A stretch of DNA of 64,000 nucleotides from contig CAMAWP010000005.1 in assembly GCA_945861765.1 (NCBI GenBank), forward strand, positions 2,651 to 66,650, written 5' to 3'. This stretch comes from Akkermansia muciniphila. GTDB taxonomy: Bacteria; Verrucomicrobiota; Verrucomicrobiia; Limisphaerales; SIBE01. Below the pieces are notes generated by a model that saw nothing but the letters and a program-made list of their open reading frames with translations, was not told the DNA's origin and made no database searches. Positions 57,456 through 64,000 of this stretch are shown here, piece after piece. Each line of letters begins with the position of its first letter. Within the stretch, counting starts at the first letter, position 1. A program made the position numbers and the translations under genes.

Positions 57456-59342
57456 CTACTTCTTTTCAGGGGATGCCTGGGCGCTTTCGATCATCTTTTC
57501 CAAATCGGGATTTTGGGGATTTCCACAGGCTAATGACTTTTGGTAATGCCAGCGAGCGAGCTCTTTGAAGGGAGGCTGCTGAGTAGCGTAAATAACGGCC
57601 AGGTTCTGGTGCGCGTCTCCAAAGCTGGGGGCGATCTGAATGGCCTTGCGCAACGCGGTCTCAGCCGCACCACGCTGGCCCTTGTGGCTGAGAGTAATGC
57701 CCAAATAATTCTGCACCTCGGGATTCTGCGGGTCGATCTGGGCCGCACGGCTCAGCGAGTCAAGCGCTTCATCGAACTTCTCCTGGCGGAATTTCAGATA
57801 TCCCCACAACTGAACAGCGTGAAGATCATTGGCATCCTCGGCTAGCGCGCGCTTGAGAGTGGCTTCAGCTTCGTCAACCCGGTTTTGTTGCAACTGAATC
57901 GCAGCCAAATTACCTAAAGTTAACACGTTCTTGTCGTCCAGCTTCAGCAGTTGCTGATATTTTTTTTCTGCTTCGTCATAACGCCGGGCCGCAAACGCTC
58001 GTTCAGCGTCGGCCAAAAGTGGAGCAGCCCCTTTGGGCCATTCTCTCGACAGCTTCTTGCCAGATTTCGTATCGGGCTTCGCTTTCGGATCCACTTTGCT
58101 CGCGGTGACTTCAGACTTCTTGAAAAGCGCCAGTTCCTCGGATGTAAACGGCACCTTGTTAGCCTCGAGCACTTCCAGCCGAGCCCGCAAAGTTGCCAAC
58201 TGAGTCGAATCTTGTTTTCCCTGCACGGCCTCTGCGCGCGCTTTGTTCTCGTAAAGCTGCTTGGTGGTCTCGTTGAGCTTTCGCAAGAGTTCATCCCGTT
58301 CGGTCTCGACTCTTTTCACACGGTCGGTTTGGCTACCCGTGGATTTGGGAGCTGATGGAGCAGCAGTGCTCAACTTCGATTCTAATTCTCTCTTCGATTT
58401 TTCCAGCGCATTTTTTTCTTCCTGGATCGTCTTTAATTCCGATTGAAGCCTAGCGACTAATATCGCGTTCGTTTGCGCCATTGCTTTGGCGGCTGTTAAC
58501 TCGCTTTCCAGCTTGCTGTTGCTGCCGGCGGTCGCAGGGGCATTGGGCCTAGAATCGGCAAGCTGTTTCTTAAGCCCCTCGTTCTCTACCCGCAACGCTT
58601 TGCCAACATCTGCGTCCTTAACCGTTGCCTGTAATCGCGCCTCTAATATCTCCTTTTCCCGTGCGAGTGCGACAGACGCTTCCTTCTCCCGCGCCAGCCT
58701 GCCATTCGCTTCCGCCAGAGCTTTCTTCAAATCCTCCCCGCCCAACGGGCTCGCCGCTTTGGCCTGTTTTGCTTGCTCCTGGTCCAAGCTCACTCTCAGT
58801 AGTTCTCTCTCCTTCTCCAGAAACTTAATCCTTTGTTCAGCTTTGCCTAGCTCTCGTGGATCAACCGCGGCTGGCTGGGCGGACAAAGCCTCCTTAAGTT
58901 TCGCCTCAAGGATTCCTTTTTCCGCCTGCAACTGATGAATCTGTTCCCTTAAGACAGAAAGCTGGTCATTTTTTTCATCCGCCGTGGAGGGCTGCTTCGC
59001 GCCGGAAGGCTTCTTTCCAGGAGACGGTTTCTCAAGAAGAGGCGGCGCCGCTTTCTCTCTCGCCGATGTGCTTAATTTTTCAGCCAGATAACTCAGGCGA
59101 AACTGGATCACGGTTGCGTTCGAATCGGGATGAGCAATCTGCAATTTCTTTAAACCCGTCTGCGCTTCAAGATACTTTTCTCGCGCTAAGCCGGGCTGGC
59201 CCGTGCTAGCTAGCTGATCTCCTTCTTGAATTAGATTATAGATTTGAATGTATTGATCATCGGGGCCGTTGGCCCTGACAAAAAGGGCCACGGCGGCCAA
59301 AAGCAAGATCACTGGAATGAAAAGCCGTTTCATAAAACGCAT
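57456..59342 (-). CDS. Exported/anchored TPR - long coiled-coil - TPR protein
   Basis: Start taken at MRFMKRLFIPVILLLAAVALF (59342; the track start is 59435). The central about 300 aa are heptad-rich in E/K/L/A. TPRs at both ends. Confidence 0.7.
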   Translation of the reverse strand: MRFMKRLFIPVILLLAAVALFVRANGPDDQYIQIYNLIQEGDQLASTGQPGLAREKYLEAQTGLKKLQIAHPDSNATVIQFRLSYLAEKLSTSAREKAAPPLLEKPSPGKKPSGAKQPSTADEKNDQLSVLREQIHQLQAEKGILEAKLKEALSAQPAAVDPRELGKAEQRIKFLEKERELLRVSLDQEQAKQAKAASPLGGEDLKKALAEANGRLAREKEASVALAREKEILEARLQATVKDADVGKALRVENEGLKKQLADSRPNAPATAGSNSKLESELTAAKAMAQTNAILVARLQSELKTIQEEKNALEKSKRELESKLSTAAPSAPKSTGSQTDRVKRVETERDELLRKLNETTKQLYENKARAEAVQGKQDSTQLATLRARLEVLEANKVPFTSEELALFKKSEVTASKVDPKAKPDTKSGKKLSREWPKGAAPLLADAERAFAARRYDEAEKKYQQLLKLDDKNVLTLGNLAAIQLQQNRVDEAEATLKRALAEDANDLHAVQLWGYLKFRQEKFDEALDSLSRAAQIDPQNPEVQNYLGITLSHKGQRGAAETALRKAIQIAPSFGDAHQNLAVIYATQQPPFKELARWHYQKSLACGNPQNPDLEKMIESAQASPEKK

Positions 59343-59474
59343 GTTAATAGAAGGAAGAACGTTATTGCAATCTGTTAAATGCCGCTCGCAGCTCGGGCAC
59401 CAAACCGGTGCAAAACGGGGCGGCAATTCTTCCAATGAACTTCCCTGCGGATTTGAGCAGAATTGAAGGTTCCC

Positions 59475-59920
59475 CGCTGTTTTCAGTGGAATAGGTCCAC
59501 AGCGGATGAATACTACTTTTCCATCCCGCCGGGATGACGGGAGGTTGGACCTATTGGCTGCCTTCGTCTCCCGGAGGGAGATTCGAGAATAGCCCGGCAG
59601 TTCACTGCTGGGTCCGAATTAGCGATCATATACGTCCCGCAGGGACGGCCGAATCCCTTAGTGTCCTACGTTACCTCTCAACCGTCCCTTCGGGACTTTG
59701 GGTAATTGCTACGCAATCCCACCCTTGAAAGGGTGGGCTATTCTCAAATCTCCCTCCGGGAGATAGGTGTGGGCTAGTCTCAAATCTCGCCTCAGGGAGA
59801 TGTCAGTCGGAAACCTCATCGGTTACAACAGCACACGGCCGGAAAATTTCCAAACTCTAGGCACCCCTCGGGAGTGAGTCTTGCAGTCAAGACACGGAAA
59901 TGATTCCACTGAAAACAGCG
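59475..59920. repeat. 446-bp element bounded by an 18-bp perfect inverted repeat and containing nested inverted and tandem hairpin repeats
   Basis: 59475-59492 is the exact reverse complement of 59903-59920. 59567-59595 pairs with 59735-59763 at 28 of 29 positions. Tandem diverged copy at 59771-59800. Confidence 0.85.
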
Positions 59921-60067
59921 AGTAACTATGATGACCTTCATTCATCGCGCAATCGGAACGCTCTGAAATCTTCGATGCCGCCAGACGATGAAATCGCCCC
60001 CACGCCTCTTGCCGACCGGCTCCAAAGGCTTATGCTCGGGCTGTGGTGAATCTCTGAATGAACTGGA

Positions 60068-60745
60068 ATGATCCGCCGAGATTACATTTTGCGAATGATC
60101 GAAGAGATGGTCCAAGCACTGGCCCGGATCGGTTCTTTGACCAAGGATAAACGCTACAAGGAGGCCGCAGCGCTGCTAGATGAAGAGCTTCAAAAGCTGA
60201 TCGGCTCGGGGGCCGAAAAGGTGGCAATGCTTTCGGAGACCGAACTCATGGCCGCGTTGGTTTCTGGTGAGCCAACGCAGGTCGTCCGAGAGAAATGTCT
60301 GTTGCTCGTCGCCTTGCTGAAAGAGGCGGGGGCTATTCACGCCGGTCAGAATCGAGCGAACGAAAGCCGCGCCTGCTCCGTGAGGGCATTGAATCTTCTG
60401 CTCGAAACTCGACTGCGTGACGCGGACGGAATTGATCTCCCCATATTTGTCCCAAGAATTGAGGATCTTGTCCTCGCCTTGAGAGACGCGCCTCTCCCGC
60501 CTCAGTTGCGTGCCGGATTAATGCAGCATTACGAAAGAGTCGGAGATTTTGCCAAGGCTGAAGACCAGCTCTTTGCGATACTCGACAGCGAAACAAACTC
60601 TCCCCGTCTGTTGGATTGGGGTATCGCCTTTTATGAACGCCTGATGCGTTTGAGCGGCGACAAATTGGTGGCCGGAAACCTGCCGCGATGCGAAGTGGAA
60701 TCAGGCTTGTCTGAATTGCATGCGCTACGACAGGCGCTCGCGTGA
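60068..60745 (+). CDS. Hypothetical all-helical protein
   Basis: 225-aa ORF with coding-like composition (MIRRDYILRMIEEMVQALARI...). No family confidently recognised. Confidence 0.55.
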   Translation: MIRRDYILRMIEEMVQALARIGSLTKDKRYKEAAALLDEELQKLIGSGAEKVAMLSETELMAALVSGEPTQVVREKCLLLVALLKEAGAIHAGQNRANESRACSVRALNLLLETRLRDADGIDLPIFVPRIEDLVLALRDAPLPPQLRAGLMQHYERVGDFAKAEDQLFAILDSETNSPRLLDWGIAFYERLMRLSGDKLVAGNLPRCEVESGLSELHALRQALA

Positions 60746-60907
60746 GCTGCCTGGAAACCCCGCGGCACCCGACGCGAGGCGGCTCAAGTCAACCCTTCGA
60801 GTTAGCGGAAAGATATTTGTAAAATTCATGCAGCGAACAATACTTTGGACGGCATCAGTCTCGTCTTTTTGCTTCCGAGGCCGGAAGTCAATGGATAGTG
60901 TGAGGCC

Positions 60908-61834
60908 ATGTTCAACTCATTTCGATGGCTCGGGGTTTTGCTGCTGAGTTCAGCCGGATGCTTCTCTGCCTTCGACGCGCAAGGGCAGGATACGGTGCTG
61001 CTCGACATCGAACGGCGGGTGGCACATGGATTTGCCACGAACAATGGGGTCCGTATCCACTACGCAACACTCGGGCAGGGACCGCTCGTCGTCATGATCC
61101 ACGGGTTTCCAGATTGCTGGCTGACCTGGCGGCACGTCATGGATGCGTTGGCGAAAGATTTCACGGTGGTGGCCATCGACCAGCGTGGCTACAACCTGAG
61201 CGACAAACCAAAGGGCGTGGAGCATTACGGTATGTCCGCCCTTGTGGATGACGTGGCAGCAGTCGTGCGCGAGCGCGGCCGGGACCGGGCCATCATCGTG
61301 GGACACGACTGGGGTGGCGCGGTGGCTTGGAACTTTGCGATGAAGCGGCCCGAGATGACTGAGAAGTTAATCATCCTCAACCTCCCTCATCCGAAAGGCA
61401 TCGGGCGAGAACTGGCTCGGAACCCGGATCAGCAGAAGGCCAGCGCCTACGCGCGGCGGTTTCAGCAGGAGGGCGCGCACACGAACCTCACGGCGGAGGG
61501 ACTGGCGTTCTGGGTCACGGATGCGCAGGCGAAAGCCCGCTACATCGAAGCGTTTAAGCGGTCGGATTTCGAGGCGATGCTGAATTACTACAAGCGCAAT
61601 TATCCCCGCGAGCCTTACCTCGAAGATCCGTCTCCGGTGGTGAAAGTGAAGTGTCCGGTGCTCATGATCCACGGGCTGAAGGACACCGCGCTGCTGGCTC
61701 CAGGGTTGAACGGCAACTGGGAGTTCATGGAGAAAGATTTCACCCTGGTAACGATCCCGGGCGCCGGTCATTTCGTTCAGCAGGATTCGCCGGACCTAGT
61801 AACGCGGAGCATTCGTTCGTGGCTGGCGAGATGA
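60908..61834 (+). CDS. Exported alpha/beta hydrolase (epoxide-hydrolase/haloalkane-dehalogenase-like)
   Basis: HGFPD oxyanion motif, GHDWGG nucleophile elbow, C-terminal GAGHFVQQD. Confidence 0.85.
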   Translation: MFNSFRWLGVLLLSSAGCFSAFDAQGQDTVLLDIERRVAHGFATNNGVRIHYATLGQGPLVVMIHGFPDCWLTWRHVMDALAKDFTVVAIDQRGYNLSDKPKGVEHYGMSALVDDVAAVVRERGRDRAIIVGHDWGGAVAWNFAMKRPEMTEKLIILNLPHPKGIGRELARNPDQQKASAYARRFQQEGAHTNLTAEGLAFWVTDAQAKARYIEAFKRSDFEAMLNYYKRNYPREPYLEDPSPVVKVKCPVLMIHGLKDTALLAPGLNGNWEFMEKDFTLVTIPGAGHFVQQDSPDLVTRSIRSWLAR

Positions 61835-61935
61835 AGGGACGCTGCGATGCCGAGCCCGATGCTCGGACAACCAAGAGTTCTTTTGGCGCTGACGAAGTCC
61901 CAGGCTTTCGCAGCAGTTCTCATTTTGGCTTCCGA

Positions 61936-62255
61936 CCGCCTGGAGGCGGGACCCCGTGCGTTCCACAGGCATGTAGTCCCGGCTTCAGCCGGTGGGGCAC
62001 CGACACTTCCAGACGCGTTGGATTGTTTGATCCTAAAAACAGCAGTTCAGCCGAAAGAAACGACAGAAGCGAAAGAATTCGAGGGCTTTACGCAAACGCG
62101 GCCACCCACCTACCGGGTGAATGGCAACTGCCTCAGAACTTCTTTTCTTTCGGCATTTTTCGTTTCTTTCGGCCATCCAGCTGCCGGATTAAGTTTGACG
62201 CGTTGCCGCCTGAAGGCGGGACTACTTGCCTCTGGAGTCCCGGCTTCAGCCGGTG
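61936..62255. repeat. Two direct copies of a three-hairpin GC-rich module flanking an imperfect inverted repeat
   Basis: CCGCCTG(G/A)AGGCGG-GGGAC...GTCCC-CCGGCTTCAGCCGGTG occurs at 61936-61994 and 62206-62255. GCCGAAAGAAACGA (62050-62063) is the reverse complement of TCGTTTCTTTCGGC (62160-62173). Confidence 0.85.
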
Positions 62256-62350
62256 CTTGGTGTGATCTGCGGCCATACTGAGAATTGCTGAGGCTTTCGC
62301 CTGGATATTTCACACACGGCCGCGGCTCGCGTTTGGGTCAAACCTCCGGC

Positions 62351-64000
62351 CTAAGACCTACGCAAGGTTTCAATCGCGGGACGAGCGAAGAACCATCGGC
62401 TCAATTGAGCATACCGTCGGCCGAGCCAACGTCCCCAGTCACCGGCGGAGTCGGTTTCGAGGTATAACCGAGTGGCGTAGGTTCGAAAATGACGGCGCAG
62501 TTTGCGGCGCGAAACAAGAATGAACGCCAGGTCGTTGGCCAGGCCCAGAGACAGCCACAGACCCACTTTAAACGCGAGACTCGATCGCTCTATCCACGAA
62601 AGCGGCTCCCACAGCGGAGCGATGTTCGTCAGGAACAGGAACAGCAAACTCGGTAGCACCATGACGCGAACGATAGATCCCTGGGCAATCTCTTTGGACT
62701 TTCGCAGCTTCAAACCTAGCCACATGCCAACCCAACCTAACGTGAGCGCATCCCCCACCATCATCACCATCATCGCCAGAAACGGCAGCTTTCCGATGGC
62801 ACTCGCGGTCGGCAGGCTGGCCGACTGGAGAAGTTGAATCACATCCGACACCACCAGGGTTAGCCCGAGCAACAGAAAGACCACGACAGGACCGCCGAAT
62901 TGCCGCCGCAATGCAAGCCACTGGCCGTCGATGATCTCGGCCACGCCCAACGGTGTGGACAGGACCAGTTCCAAATTGCCCGTGGACCGCTGAGCAGCCA
63001 GATGTCTCCCAGCCTCGTCCGCTAATCTGAGTTTTAAGAACAGATACCAGAACCCAAAGGTGATCAGGAGGGCTAGTCCGGGACGACCGGCTGTCGGAGG
63101 CGCCAACATCCAAACAAAAAACAATGTCAAACCCGATCCCGCGCCCAAGTAAATCCAAACGCCCAGTGCCTTGAACTTGTCCCGCGAGACAAGCCAGAGA
63201 AATGGGTTGATCTCCAGGAGCCGCGCGCGGAGCCGCTCTCGGATCAAGGTGCCGCCGTATCTCCATTGTTGGCGTCGCTCCTTCCAACGCATCTTTCCCG
63301 TGGCGAGGTTCCTTTCCTGCCAACAACGCGGAATCCACCAGATCGCCAGAAGCAGAAAAAGCCACGCCTCAAAATGCACGAACAAGATCGAGAGCCAGAA
63401 ATAGTCGGAAGAGCCACCGGTGATGGAGCCCAAGGCCATCGACTGCGCGTAGCTTGGACTGATGATCTGGAGTGTTAAACCAAATGATTGGCCAACACCC
63501 GCGGTCAGCAACAGATGCGACAAGGCCGGTACGATAAACCAGAATAGAACCGCCAAGCCCGCGGCATTGCTCTGCGTCCGCTTCTGCTCCCAACTGAAAA
63601 CCGAAATGCAAAGTCCAAGCGCAAGCGAAAAGAAAAGGGTGTTCAATAATCCAGCGCTTAACCGCAGCAGCTCGACCCAGCGCAGCCCGCCGATGATCAA
63701 GCCAAGCGCCAGGATCGGTAGCATGGCGAGCAAGTTGCAAACCGGCCGCAAAGCGCCCGCAGCCAGTTTGCCAAAAACCACGTCGAACCCCTTGAGATCC
63801 GTCAGAAACAGCAGCCCCAACGTGCCCTCGCGCTTCTCGACACTTACGGAATCGGACGTCGCCGACACTCCGACGAACAGACAGTATAAAAAGGGAAATA
63901 ATCCGAAGGAACTCAAAGCCCCTAGACCGCGGGGAGCACTCGATCCGGTGGCGTTGAATGCCGCCACCATCCCGGCACCAAATACGGCAGCGACGATGGC
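62351..64000 (-). CDS. Large polytopic membrane protein (ABC-2-type permease-like), 5' end beyond the window
   Basis: The reading frame stays open through 64000 upstream of the track start at 63970. It has 12 or more hydrophobic segments. The family call is tentative. Confidence 0.55.
   Translation of the reverse strand, partial: AIVAAVFGAGMVAAFNATGSSAPRGLGALSSFGLFPFLYCLFVGVSATSDSVSVEKREGTLGLLFLTDLKGFDVVFGKLAAGALRPVCNLLAMLPILALGLIIGGLRWVELLRLSAGLLNTLFFSLALGLCISVFSWEQKRTQSNAAGLAVLFWFIVPALSHLLLTAGVGQSFGLTLQIISPSYAQSMALGSITGGSSDYFWLSILFVHFEAWLFLLLAIWWIPRCWQERNLATGKMRWKERRQQWRYGGTLIRERLRARLLEINPFLWLVSRDKFKALGVWIYLGAGSGLTLFFVWMLAPPTAGRPGLALLITFGFWYLFLKLRLADEAGRHLAAQRSTGNLELVLSTPLGVAEIIDGQWLALRRQFGGPVVVFLLLGLTLVVSDVIQLLQSASLPTASAIGKLPFLAMMVMMVGDALTLGWVGMWLGLKLRKSKEIAQGSIVRVMVLPSLLFLFLTNIAPLWEPLSWIERSSLAFKVGLWLSLGLANDLAFILVSRRKLRRHFRTYATRLYLETDSAGDWGRWLGRRYAQLSRWFFARPAIETLRRS

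Noticed and set aside
59735-59800. Possible CRISPR-like array (tandem 36-bp period) and the 72-bp tandem at 5197-5326
   Set aside because: Each has only two copies, and the supposed spacers are part of the repeat unit. No cas genes are present and the units are themselves palindromic. They are REP/MITE-like repeats, not CRISPR.
1-64000. Search for defence, phage or mobile-element genes (integrase, transposase, reverse transcriptase, restriction/modification, toxin-antitoxin, Cas)
   Set aside because: No ORF shows the corresponding catalytic motifs. Every ORF above about 150 aa on the supported strand is either assigned a non-defence, non-mobile family call or left as a hypothetical with no such motifs. 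I therefore do not claim a defence island here.

Overview
This window looks like a chromosomal core region from a diderm bacterium of the PVC superphylum, most likely Verrucomicrobiota-like. The markers for that are a DUF1559 H-X9-DG prepilin-like protein, a 1210-aa Pirellula/Verrucomicrobium-type CxxCH heme-binding protein, and a MoxR-DUF58-BatA-vWA operon.

I can support about 58 protein-coding genes:
- **Envelope biogenesis:** BamD, an LptE-like lipoprotein, an MMPL/RND transporter, MlaEFD, a GT9 heptosyltransferase, GmhB, WaaA, and an O-antigen-ligase/TPR fusion.
- **Lipid and translation operon:** coaD-yceD-rpmF-plsX-fabH, followed by a PilZ-like gene and pilT.
- **Central metabolism:** argG, a leuC-type dehydratase, msrA, tcdA and tatD.
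- **Signalling:** a FecR gene and a CHASE2 class III cyclase.

I found no rRNA, tRNA, CRISPR array, integrase, transposase, reverse transcriptase or recognisable defence gene. This does not read as a classical accessory island.

The parts not explained by ordinary annotation are:
1. Three intergenic loci packed with distinct GC-rich hairpin repeat families (5197-5363, 59475-59920, 61936-62255). The middle one is a 446-bp element closed by a perfect 18-bp inverted repeat, with a nested 29-bp inverted repeat.
2. A 500-aa exported protein built from about 14 'aromatic-Pro-Leu/Phe' beta-hairpin-like repeats. It sits 21 bp upstream of mlaEFD, behind a 33% G+C island.
3. A FecR gene separated from the CHASE2 cyclase by a textbook intrinsic terminator inside a 51-bp spacer.
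4. A degenerate PilZ-like protein plus a lone PilT appended to the fabH operon.

All functional calls come from motif and family recognition by eye. No database search was possible.
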